From Candidatus Jacksonbacteria bacterium RIFOXYB2_FULL_44_15 (GTDB taxonomy: Bacteria; Patescibacteriota; Patescibacteriia; UBA9629): 47,931 nucleotides of DNA. Under the pieces are notes generated by a model. The model did not search any database and was not told where the DNA came from. It worked only from the letters and a program-made list of their open reading frames with translations. The position numbers and the translations under genes were made by a program. Where the stretch lies: contig MHJY01000025.1 in assembly GCA_001818235.1 (NCBI GenBank), positions 1 through 47,931 on the forward strand, read 5' to 3'. Shown here piece by piece: positions 1 to 8,538 of this stretch. The first letter of the stretch is position 1. Each line of letters opens with the position of its first letter.

Positions 1-87
1 GTTTTTGAGTGTGCATATGAGCATAACTTAAACTTTATGCCCATATTATACCCCAAAACTAAAGTTTTGTAACCATCTCGTACCATC

Positions 88-858
88 ATGGTACGCAGAA
101 GTTTTCTGATCGCGTGTGTTCTAGTTGTGTGTTGTTTCTTGTTTATTAATAATGTTGCCGCACAAGTTGTGGTAAAAGATGCAAAAGTTACCACTGATAT
201 TACGTGGCGTGCTTGTAAAAATCTGATTTACGTTTACGTTGGTAATATTATTATAATTGACAAAACTGGTGATTTTCAGTGGCAAACAGAAGACTGCACT
301 GCTAGCGCTGACGGTTTTGTTTTTGTGGGCGGACGCCGTCTCCCGGATGATCCGTATGAATTTCGTGCCGAGATCCCTGATGGTCAACCGGTAAAAAACA
401 TAAAAATAAAGCTAGTTTTTAAAATACCGGTTAAAACCTTTGTTGAAAAATTCATCGAAGTAGAGCTTATTCAGCTCCACACAATCTTGGAGCTGGATAA
501 AAAAACGCTCGGGAAATTATCGGGCGATAATTCAGTGTTTGATATACGTATCTTCTTAGAATATGCATGTGCAATCAGTGAAGATCAAAAATACCCTTTT
601 CAAGACAGAAATGACATTTGGAGCTATGTCTCGACAGAGACAGTCTCTGCGTTTCCTGTGTGGAAAGTAACTGTAAAACTTCCCACGATAAAGGAAATAA
701 TTGTCACAGATGGGCTTCAAGTACCGCCAGTTCAAAACGGAGTTATCACCCTTAAAATCTGGCCTGACGGAACTGCTTCCTTCGAACCGGCAGACTTGAG
801 CGCCGTCTCTCCTCGGGAAAAATTGCCTATAACGTGGGGGTCGTTAAAGGTAAGATAA
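88..858 (+). CDS. secreted hypothetical protein
   Basis: 256-aa ORF. The N-terminus MVRRSFLIACVLVVCCFLFINNVAAQ looks like a cleavable signal peptide. No catalytic motif recognised. Confidence 0.55.
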   Translation: MVRRSFLIACVLVVCCFLFINNVAAQVVVKDAKVTTDITWRACKNLIYVYVGNIIIIDKTGDFQWQTEDCTASADGFVFVGGRRLPDDPYEFRAEIPDGQPVKNIKIKLVFKIPVKTFVEKFIEVELIQLHTILELDKKTLGKLSGDNSVFDIRIFLEYACAISEDQKYPFQDRNDIWSYVSTETVSAFPVWKVTVKLPTIKEIIVTDGLQVPPVQNGVITLKIWPDGTASFEPADLSAVSPREKLPITWGSLKVR

Positions 859-1068
859 ATTCACTTTCATGTCCGAGGAGAAAAAAATGTCTACTGTAGC
901 CAGTTCTCGCTCCAACAAGTCAATAATATATTATCTGACTTGTCTGGAGCTTTTTTGTTTACCCCGTTAGAAACTACCCGAGATCAATTTCACGCTTGTT
1001 TCTAACTGGGTTTAATTGACACTCCAATCCTGCCATAGTACCATTAAAATTGATTTAATTTGATCCTA

Positions 1069-2679
1069 ATGACCTCGAATCTTGCCATCATCAAAAAACT
1101 GCTTGCCAAAAAGCTGTATAACGAAAAAGACCTTTCCCGCGTAAAAAGACAACTGGCGCGGGATTTTAATGTCGGGATGATGACCAATAATCTGCTGTTG
1201 AAACTTTATCGCGAAGCGTTAGCGCAAGGCGAAATCAAACCAGCACCTTGGCTCGAAGATGTTTTGATTAAACGCCGGGTGCGGACTTTATCCGGCGTCG
1301 CCCCTTTGGCAGTCGCCACCAAACCATTCCCCTGCCCTGGCCGGTGCATTTATTGTCCCACTGACGCCCGGATGCCCAAAAGCTACTTGCCCAACCAGCC
1401 AGCCGCGGCGCGCGCCCTCAATTTTAAATATCAGCCCTATGCCCAAGTCCAAGGCCGATTGCGCGCTTTTTATGATAACGGCCACAAACCGGAAAAAGTT
1501 GAACTGCGCGTTTTGGGCGGGACGTGGTCGTATTACCCCAAGAGTTATCAAACCTGGTTTATTAAGGAATTGTATCGCGGGCTGAACGAGTTTGGCGCAA
1601 TTGCAAAGGTCAAAAAATCCGACTTGGCGACACTCCAAAAAACCAACGAACAAGTTCAACATCGCGCGGTTGGCTTATCAATCGAAACCAGGCCAGATTA
1701 TATTGATTTGGCTGAGATTAAACGCCTGCGTTGGTTTGGGGTGACGAAAGTTGAACTCGGCGTCCAGCATTTGGATCAAAAAATTATTGATTTGATCAAA
1801 CGCGATCAAACAAAAGATGATGTTATTCGCGCGACCAAACTTTTGAAAGACGCAGGCTTTAAAATCTGCTATCATATCATGCCTAACTTGCCTGGTTCGA
1901 CGCCGGAAGCAGACCTCGCCATGGTTAAAGAGCTATTTGCTAATCCCGGGCTTAAACCAGATCAACTCAAAATTTATCCCTGCGTGGTTTTAAAAGAAGC
2001 GCCGCTTTATCGCTTGTGGCAAAAAAAGCAATTCCAAACTTATGATGACGAAACACTGGTTGAACTGCTCGCGGAAATAAAAAAGCTCGTCCCGCCTTAT
2101 GTGCGAATCGAGCGCATTTACCGCGACGTGCCGACCGCTGATATCGCCAGCGGCAGTACGCATATTAATATTCGGGAAATGGTGCAGGCGCGCCTGCGCG
2201 AGCAAGGTCTCAAGTGTGGTTGCATTAGATGCCGGGAAGTGGGAAATCAAATAAAAATTAATAATGAAAAAATCACGCTAAAAAATTTAAAACTATTTAT
2301 TGATAAATATGAGGCCTCTGATGGCGTTGAGCATTTTATTTCTGCTGAAAGCCCGGACAGAAAAATTTTATACGCCTTTGCTCGCCTTCGCTTTCCGTCC
2401 GCTGACGTTCGAGATCAACTGCCCCCACTTCGGCAAACTGCAATAATTCGCGAGCTCCACACTTATGGCCAATTGGTGCCGCTTAATACTGTTGATGCCC
2501 GCGCCAGCCAGCATCAGGGTTTAGGGAAAAAATTACTGCTGGCCGCCGAGCAAATTGCGCAATCCGCGGGCTATGCTAAAATAGCAGTAATCTCCGGTGT
2601 CGGCGTGCGCGGCTATTATCAAAAATTAGGGTATAGACTGGAAGACAAGTTTGGGTATATGATTAAAAAATTATACTAA
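1069..2679 (+). CDS. elp3: Elp3-like radical-SAM / GNAT acetyltransferase (tRNA U34 carboxymethylation family)
   Basis: Radical-SAM cysteine motif PCPGRCIYCP, the central Elp3-type region (LSIETRPDYI, VELGVQH) and a C-terminal GNAT motif QHQGLGKKLL. First ATG is at 1069; the ORF track starts at a TTG at 1060. Confidence 0.85.
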   Translation: MTSNLAIIKKLLAKKLYNEKDLSRVKRQLARDFNVGMMTNNLLLKLYREALAQGEIKPAPWLEDVLIKRRVRTLSGVAPLAVATKPFPCPGRCIYCPTDARMPKSYLPNQPAAARALNFKYQPYAQVQGRLRAFYDNGHKPEKVELRVLGGTWSYYPKSYQTWFIKELYRGLNEFGAIAKVKKSDLATLQKTNEQVQHRAVGLSIETRPDYIDLAEIKRLRWFGVTKVELGVQHLDQKIIDLIKRDQTKDDVIRATKLLKDAGFKICYHIMPNLPGSTPEADLAMVKELFANPGLKPDQLKIYPCVVLKEAPLYRLWQKKQFQTYDDETLVELLAEIKKLVPPYVRIERIYRDVPTADIASGSTHINIREMVQARLREQGLKCGCIRCREVGNQIKINNEKITLKNLKLFIDKYEASDGVEHFISAESPDRKILYAFARLRFPSADVRDQLPPLRQTAIIRELHTYGQLVPLNTVDARASQHQGLGKKLLLAAEQIAQSAGYAKIAVISGVGVRGYYQKLGYRLEDKFGYMIKKLY

Positions 2680-2788
2680 TTATTCTAATTAACCTAATTA
2701 TTCTAAATAAATTCCACTGCTCCATGTTTAAATTTATGAATTGGATTTTGGCGCTTGTTTAGAATAATTAGAACAATTAGAATAATTT
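2677..2788. repeat. AT-rich long inverted repeat (31-nt arms, ~50-nt spacer) in the elp3/HD spacer
   Basis: Left arm taattattctaattaacctaattattctaaa (2677-2707). Right arm tttagaataattagaacaattagaataatt (2758-2788). They are reverse complements except for 3 central bases. Confidence 0.8.
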
Positions 2789-2811
2789 ACAATGTTTTTT
2801 GTAATTTAAAT

Positions 2812-3417
2812 ATGGAATACAACTATACAAACCTCACCAACTTTCTCTTCGAACTCGCCATGCTCAAACGCCAAAAACACACTGGCTACGCTGTGGCTGG
2901 CGTAAAAGAGCTTGATTCGCTGGCCGACCACACCGCCCGCGCCGCGTTAATCGGCTATATTCTGGCGGACTTGGAGAAAGCTGACGCCGACAAAGTGGCA
3001 ATAATGCTTTTGATTCATGATTTGCCGGAATGCCGCTTAGGCGACCACCATAAAGTCTCGGCCCGTTATTTGGATACTGAAACCGCGGAACGCACGGCCT
3101 TTGTGGAGCAGATTTTCAGCCTGCCCGACTCTATTCAGCAAAAATGGCTTAAACTTTACGATGAAAAAGCTCAGCGTTCGACCAGAGAAGGCATCATCGC
3201 CCAGGACGCAGACTGGCTGGAAGCGGCCATTTCGGCGCGGGAATTTTTAGCGCTTGGCTACCCCACCCAAAATTGGATTGATAATGCCCGCGTTGCTCTG
3301 GAAACTCCTTCAGCAAAAAAAATGTTGGCGGAAATTGAACGCCAAAAACCAGAAGACTGGTGGCAGGGGCTAAAAAAAATGACGTACACAAAAATCAAAT
3401 CAAGCCTACAGGACTAG
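2812..3417 (+). CDS. HD-domain phosphohydrolase (YfbR-like 5'-nucleotidase family)
   Basis: Motifs DHTARAALIGY and LLIHDLPECRLGDHH. Start taken at ATG 2812 (MEYNYTNL), because the upstream part of the ORF reads through the AT-rich repeat. Confidence 0.75.
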   Translation: MEYNYTNLTNFLFELAMLKRQKHTGYAVAGVKELDSLADHTARAALIGYILADLEKADADKVAIMLLIHDLPECRLGDHHKVSARYLDTETAERTAFVEQIFSLPDSIQQKWLKLYDEKAQRSTREGIIAQDADWLEAAISAREFLALGYPTQNWIDNARVALETPSAKKMLAEIERQKPEDWWQGLKKMTYTKIKSSLQD

Positions 3418-3737
3418 TAAGACTCCTGCATGATAAACGTACAAAATTTAGGCATTTCTGTCCCTGGCTGATCCAAAACGGTAGTTACTCCGTCCGGTAA
3501 AATAGCGCTAACGATTAAATTTTCTTTCCCTTTTCCTAAAGATGCAACTACAATTCCATGAGGGAAAATACTAACATCACGCACTATATAGCCAAGATCA
3601 ACCAAAGATTGCTTGATAAAACCGCGCAAAACTTTTTCTGTTCCATCCCAGCCTTCTAAATTAATGCTAACTTCAATATTTGTTTCCTGTTCTTTGCCCA
3701 TTTCTGGATTAAGTCCCTCAAATGATGATGTTTCCAT
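3414..3737 (-). CDS. hypothetical protein
   Basis: 107-aa ORF with a 4-nt convergent overlap with the HD gene. No motif recognised. Confidence 0.45.
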   Translation of the reverse strand: METSSFEGLNPEMGKEQETNIEVSINLEGWDGTEKVLRGFIKQSLVDLGYIVRDVSIFPHGIVVASLGKGKENLIVSAILPDGVTTVLDQPGTEMPKFCTFIMQESY

Positions 3738-3971
3738 AATATATTTTTGATAAATTACAATTTTTTTTATAGTCGACCTAGCTATAAAATTTTAAAAACT
3801 CAAACAGCTATTAATATACTGCATTAAATCAATATTAGCAAATTATTATTAAATATGAAACTTTTTCACAACGCTTACAACTCGATCTCCTTGCCAGAAT
3901 AGCCGATCAATTTTTTGTTTTGCTTAGTAACTTTTTCCTCAGACTGACCGAGAATTAGCAAAAACGCCAAT

Positions 3972-4093
3972 TTGTCATCCCGAGCTTGCCCCGTCACTCG
4001 CGAGCGACGGGGCTTGTCGAGGGATTCCTGCCTGCCGGCAGATGGGCATTATCCAAACCGAAAGAGATTCCTCGACTCCGCTCGGAATGACAA
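3972..4093. repeat. GC-rich nested-palindrome element (TGTCATCCCGAG ... CTCGGAATGACA type)
   Basis: Outer arms ttgtcatcccgag (3972-3984) and ctcggaatgacaa (4081-4093) have 1 mismatch. Inner 8-bp stem gccccgtc/gacggggc (3988-3995/4006-4013). Palindrome ctgccggcag (4032-4041). Stem tcgagggatt/gattcctcga. Confidence 0.7.
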
Positions 4094-4128
4094 TTCTTGG
4101 ACAGTCTAAACATTTAAAAATTATCTTT

Positions 4129-5508
4129 ATGCCTTACAACAATCTCAAAAAAAACGATCCCCTCATCTACCAAGCAATGCGCGGCGAACTAAAGCGCCAG
4201 CAATCGGTCTTAGAAATGATCGCCTCAGAAAATATCGTCTCCCCGGCCGTTATCGAAGCCATGGGCACGGTAATGACCAATAAATATTCTGAAGGCTATC
4301 CAGACCACCGCTATTACGGCGGCAACCAATTTATTGACATCTCGGAAAAATTAGCGATTGAACGGGCAAAGAAACTTTTCAACGCCGAGCACGTTAATGT
4401 CCAGCCGCACGCTGGCTCCCAAGCTAATATGGAAGCGTATTTCGCGGTTTTAGAGCTGGGCGATAAAATTCTGGCGATGAATTTGGCGCATGGCGGGCAT
4501 TTAACCCACGGCCATCCGGTAAACTTTTCCGGCAAATTTTATAAAGTAACCCATTACGGCGTTGATAAAAAAACTGAGCAGATTGATATGGATGAAGTTC
4601 GCCGGCTCGCCAAACGCGACAAGCCAAAATTGATTTTAGCCGGCGCCAGCGCCTATCCGCGGAAAATTGATTTTAAAGCCTTCCGCCAAATCGCCGATGA
4701 AGTTGGCGCCTATTTTATGGCTGACATCGCCCATATCGCCGGCCTCGTCGCCGCCCGTCTGCATCCGGATCCGATTCCTTACTGCGACATCGTCACCACC
4801 ACCACCCACAAAACCCTTCGCGGCCCGCGCGGGGCGATGATCATGTGCAAAACGCGCGACCGGTTGCGGCCTCAGGACAAAAAAAATCTGGCGCAAAAAA
4901 TCGACAGCGCTGTTTTCCCGGGCATGCAAGGCGGCCCGCTCGACCACATCATCGCCGCCAAAGCCGTGGCATTCGGCGAAGCTTTAAAACCGGCGTTTAA
5001 AAAATATCAAGCCCAAATAATCAGCAACGCCGCGACCCTGGCCGAAACACTGACTGCCGAAGGTTTGCGCTTAATCTCCGGCGGCACTGATAATCATTTG
5101 ATGCTGGTTGATGTTACGCCGCTTGGCGTTAACGGCAAACAAGCAGAGATGGCTCTAGACGAAGTTGGCATCTGTTGCAACAAAAATATGATTCCTTATG
5201 ATACCCGCTCGCCGTTTGACCCTTCCGGCATCCGCTTAGGCACGCCGGCCTTGACCACTCGCGGGATGAAAACCCGGGAAATGAAAATTATCGGCGGCTT
5301 GATCGGGAAACTCTTAAAAAATATTTCCAGCCAAAAAATCAAACGAGAAATCAAGGCAGCTGTCAAAATGTTAACTGACCAATTTCCGATTTATGCAGGG
5401 TTAGAGCAAGCGGTTCCTTATCGAGTATTTAAGCAAAATGAACTCAAACAATTCTTAAAAGACGATCAAATCTCGCCTGTCTTAAAAAAACAAATCAAAA
5501 CAAAATAA
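4129..5508 (+). CDS. glyA: serine hydroxymethyltransferase
   Basis: Near full-length SHMT similarity ([37 protein letters not shown] with the PLP lysine). Start at ATG 4129 (MPYNNLKK); the upstream 29 codons of the ORF read through the repeat element. Confidence 0.95.
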   Translation: MPYNNLKKNDPLIYQAMRGELKRQQSVLEMIASENIVSPAVIEAMGTVMTNKYSEGYPDHRYYGGNQFIDISEKLAIERAKKLFNAEHVNVQPHAGSQANMEAYFAVLELGDKILAMNLAHGGHLTHGHPVNFSGKFYKVTHYGVDKKTEQIDMDEVRRLAKRDKPKLILAGASAYPRKIDFKAFRQIADEVGAYFMADIAHIAGLVAARLHPDPIPYCDIVTTTTHKTLRGPRGAMIMCKTRDRLRPQDKKNLAQKIDSAVFPGMQGGPLDHIIAAKAVAFGEALKPAFKKYQAQIISNAATLAETLTAEGLRLISGGTDNHLMLVDVTPLGVNGKQAEMALDEVGICCNKNMIPYDTRSPFDPSGIRLGTPALTTRGMKTREMKIIGGLIGKLLKNISSQKIKREIKAAVKMLTDQFPIYAGLEQAVPYRVFKQNELKQFLKDDQISPVLKKQIKTK

Positions 5509-5548
5509 AAAAGGTGCTTCTTTATTTCAGTCCAATTAATTAATAAAA

Positions 5549-5875
5549 ATGTCATTTTATAATCTGTCTCACCTCCCCCAAAAAGAAATCATCCCCGGTT
5601 ACCGCGTCCGGTTTGTTCATACAAATAATTTGACGCTCGCCTACTGGGAAATCGACGCTGGTGCGGCATTACCAGAACATAAACATCCGCACGAACAAAT
5701 CGCCAACGTCACCAGTGGTGAATTTGAATTGACAGTCAGCGATAAAATAAGACGACTAACTCCAGGACAAATCGCAATTATTCCGCCCAATACGCCTCAT
5801 TCCGGCAAAGCGCTTACCAATTGCCAAATTATTGATGTCTTCTATCCAGTTAGAGAAGACTATCTTGATAAATGA
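5549..5875 (+). CDS. cupin-domain protein
   Basis: 108 aa with cupin motifs (PEHKHPHEQ ... IPPNTPHSG). Confidence 0.75.
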   Translation: MSFYNLSHLPQKEIIPGYRVRFVHTNNLTLAYWEIDAGAALPEHKHPHEQIANVTSGEFELTVSDKIRRLTPGQIAIIPPNTPHSGKALTNCQIIDVFYPVREDYLDK

Positions 5876-6741
5876 AACAACAAATATACTGGGATAAAAA
5901 ACAAATTGCCCAAAACTACGATTTTGGCAGACCGCTATCTAACCGATCGATTTTAGAATTATTTGCTACCATTTCGGCTAAACTCAGCATTTCTCTTAAT
6001 AACAAAAAAATGCTTGACGCTGGTTGCGGCACCGGACGAGTCACCATTTCACTAGCTCAATCTTGTCCTAGTCTATCAATCATCGGCATTGATATCTCAC
6101 CAGAGATGCTCGCTTTTGCCCAGCAAAAGATCAAACAATCGCATCTAAAAAACTATCAATTAATTAAAGCTGATCTCCAACATATCCCTTTAGATGATAA
6201 CACGGTCGATTTCTCTTTGATCAGCTCTGTTTTGCATGTTATTCCTGGCTGGACACAAATCATCGATGAACTGATTCGGGTAACTTCCACAAGCGGATAT
6301 CTTCTGCTGATCAGCGAACAGGCTGATATTTACGAAATCGAACAAGACCGAACCAAATCTCAAGATCGTAATCTTTTAGAAAAATTTTGGGGGCAATTCC
6401 AAAAACTTAAACTTGAATATGGATTAAGTATCCCGCAAAAAATCCAAGTTGGCATTCGTTGGCAATTGGGCTGTCCGGAAATTATTGATTATCTACAAAA
6501 GACAGGCTATCAAAATATCAATACGATTACTATTCCCTGGCAACATAAGTACACTGTCGCTGATTTTATGAATATCCTTTACAAAAAATGCTGGTCCGCT
6601 TTATTCACCTCTGATCCGATTAAATATGACCAAGTGCTTAAAAAAATGGAACAGTGGTTGAAACAAGAAAAAATATCGCGAGATGAAGAATATATCTCGG
6701 ATAATAAAATTTGCTGTGAAATCGTAAAACTTAGTCCTTAG
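5872..6741 (+). CDS. class I SAM-dependent methyltransferase
   Basis: Motif I LDAGCGTGR. 4-nt start/stop overlap with the cupin gene. Confidence 0.8.
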   Translation: MKQQIYWDKKQIAQNYDFGRPLSNRSILELFATISAKLSISLNNKKMLDAGCGTGRVTISLAQSCPSLSIIGIDISPEMLAFAQQKIKQSHLKNYQLIKADLQHIPLDDNTVDFSLISSVLHVIPGWTQIIDELIRVTSTSGYLLLISEQADIYEIEQDRTKSQDRNLLEKFWGQFQKLKLEYGLSIPQKIQVGIRWQLGCPEIIDYLQKTGYQNINTITIPWQHKYTVADFMNILYKKCWSALFTSDPIKYDQVLKKMEQWLKQEKISRDEEYISDNKICCEIVKLSP

Positions 6742-6782
6742 AAATACACTGCGTTTTTTTCTGCTACAACATTTTAAAAAAA

Positions 6783-7508
6783 TTACTTCATTTGACTCCG
6801 CCGCCATTCCTCGATTTTTTTATGGTCACCAGATAAAAGCACCTCTGGCACCTGCCAGCTAATTCCGGGCGCCGCCTCGAACTTTTCCGGCCGGGTATAT
6901 TGCGGGTATTCGATGATTTGTCGGCTGGAAGCGTCAGTTTGTCCCTCACCCGGATTAAATGATTCTTCATGAAGTGATTCCGGACTGCCTAACACTCCGG
7001 GCAAAAGCCGCGCGATGGCTTCCACTACCACCATTGCCGGCAATTCGCCGCCGGATAAAACATACGGGCCGATTGAAATCTGCTCATCAACTAAATTTTC
7101 AACCCGGGCATCAATCCCTTCGTACCGGCCGGCAATCAAAATTAATTGATCCATCGACGCCAACTGCTCCGCCTTGGCCTGATCGAATTGACTCCCGCGC
7201 GGGGACAACATAATTACTTTTGTATTTTTAGAAATTTTAGATTGACGCTGACCCTGCGCCTTACTTTCCACAACTTTTTTACCTAAAACATCGATCAGGC
7301 ATTTATAAATCGGCTCAATTTTAAAAATCATTCCCGGACCGCCGCCATAAGGAGTATCATCAACCGAACGATGTTTATCTGTGGTGTAATCACGCAAATC
7401 CCAAAATTTGACCTCGATCTGGCCGCTGGAACTGGCCCGAAATAAAATTGATTCCTGCAAGTAAGAACCTAAAATATTCGGAAAAATTGTTAAAACATCA
7501 AAACGCAT
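6783..7508 (-). CDS. trmD: tRNA (guanine37-N1)-methyltransferase
   Basis: MRFDVLTIFPNI N-terminus, YGGGPGM, GRYEGIDARV and SIGPYVLSGGELPA motifs. Confidence 0.93.
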   Translation of the reverse strand: MRFDVLTIFPNILGSYLQESILFRASSSGQIEVKFWDLRDYTTDKHRSVDDTPYGGGPGMIFKIEPIYKCLIDVLGKKVVESKAQGQRQSKISKNTKVIMLSPRGSQFDQAKAEQLASMDQLILIAGRYEGIDARVENLVDEQISIGPYVLSGGELPAMVVVEAIARLLPGVLGSPESLHEESFNPGEGQTDASSRQIIEYPQYTRPEKFEAAPGISWQVPEVLLSGDHKKIEEWRRSQMK

Positions 7509-7616
7509 AATTTTATTTTAATATACAATAATTTAGAACCAAAAGCAACCGCGCGATAAAAAAATCTCCCCCGATTACTCGAGAGAGATTTTAAAAACAA
7601 AAGGGAAATTACAAGA

Positions 7617-7997
7617 TTAGAGTTTTAAGTCCTCCACGCCTGCATCATCATCCGCATCATGACGGGTTCCACCCATCGGGCGGCGTCCTTCTGGACGAGC
7701 GCCTTCTGGTTCGTACGGGCGACGACCTTCTGGACGAGCACCTTCTGGTTCGTAGATCTTTAAATTAACGCGAGCGTTATGTTTGGCACCGACTATGCGC
7801 AATAAAGTGCGTAATGCCCGAGCAGTGCGGCCACTGCGGCCAATCACTTGCCCCATATCAGCGGGGTTGATGTGCAATGTTAATAACACGCCCATCTCGT
7901 CCACGCTACGCTCAGCTTTAACTTCGTCCGGATGCTCGACTAAAGCTTTAACTACATTTTCGACAAACGCTTGATCAGCGTAACCTTTTTCGGCCAT
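7617..7997 (-). CDS. KH-domain RNA-binding protein (YlqC/UPF0109-like) with a repetitive C-terminal tail
   Basis: KH core VIGRSGRTARALRTLL. Start taken at ATG 7997 (MAEKGY). The tail carries YEPEGARPEGRRP twice. Confidence 0.8.
   Translation of the reverse strand: MAEKGYADQAFVENVVKALVEHPDEVKAERSVDEMGVLLTLHINPADMGQVIGRSGRTARALRTLLRIVGAKHNARVNLKIYEPEGARPEGRRPYEPEGARPEGRRPMGGTRHDADDDAGVEDLKL
7678..7755 (-). repeat. tandem 39-nt direct repeat (2 copies) inside the KH-protein gene
   Basis: 7678-7716 and 7717-7755 differ at only a few bases and encode YEPEGARPEGRRP twice. Confidence 0.9.
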
Positions 7998-8178
7998 TGA
8001 TCTAAAGATCTGTGTTAAAACTGCAATTGCTACCTTAACACCGATCTTTGTTAACATCTGACGTCAGCCAATGGCTGACGCCTGTTCCTCTAAGTTGGCG
8101 ACCTTTCCCTGGTTGAACCACAACTTCTTAAAAGTATATTAACAAAACCTGTCTAGGCTGTCAATTCTGGAATGTGCC

Positions 8179-8442
8179 CTAACTGCCTAAAGTATTAAAC
8201 CGCGTTAGCGGCGAAAAAACCCACTTAAAGAAAGCTACATGCAGGCCGGTAATCACCATCAGCCCAATGATAATACCCAAAACGGAAATCAGCTTGAGCA
8301 TCAATCTTGTTCCGCCCTCACTCCCTAGGTATTTTTCCGCCCAAGCGCTCGTCCCCACTTGCCTGATCAGCCACTCATTTTTGAGTAAGAGCACGAAAGC
8401 GATTACCGCAATAACTATTCCAATCAAAATACGGTTAAACAT
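8179..8442 (-). CDS. small membrane protein (2 predicted TM helices)
   Basis: 87 aa and hydrophobic. GGAGG Shine-Dalgarno at 8449-8453, 6 nt upstream of the ATG. Confidence 0.6.
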   Translation of the reverse strand: MFNRILIGIVIAVIAFVLLLKNEWLIRQVGTSAWAEKYLGSEGGTRLMLKLISVLGIIIGLMVITGLHVAFFKWVFSPLTRFNTLGS

Positions 8443-8538
8443 AAATTACCTCCAGAAAAAACATAAAGCAACTTTACGTTTTCTCTTTTAGTTTTAACTG
8501 ATTATATTACCGCAATAATTTTTGAACACACAAATTTA

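Noticed and set aside
960-1010. Hairpin ccccgttagaaac ... gtttctaactggg between the first gene and elp3, as a possible terminator or repeat
   Set aside because: It is a single copy, has a 23-nt loop with a bulged stem, and has no T-run. There is not enough support for a terminator or CRISPR-like repeat.
4042-4128. N-terminal 29-codon extension of the glyA ORF ([17 protein letters not shown]...)
   Set aside because: It is a read-through of the GC-rich palindromic element. The canonical SHMT N-terminus begins at ATG 4129.
3960-4128. Possible riboswitch (ZTP/pfl, THF or glycine) in the glyA leader
   Set aside because: I could not find the conserved cores I remember for these classes (for example the ZTP ...CCGGGCGGA.../...CCGCCTGGGCA pseudoknot). 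The stem termini match another repeat copy at 45661-45825, which favours a dispersed element.
8058-8178. Possible small RNA (SRP/4.5S-like) or leader in the spacer upstream of the KH gene, with hairpin cgtcagcc-aatg-gctgacg
   Set aside because: It has no GGAA/GNAR-capped helix 8 and no AGCA symmetric-loop signature of SRP RNA, and no T-run for a terminator. There is too little evidence to call anything.
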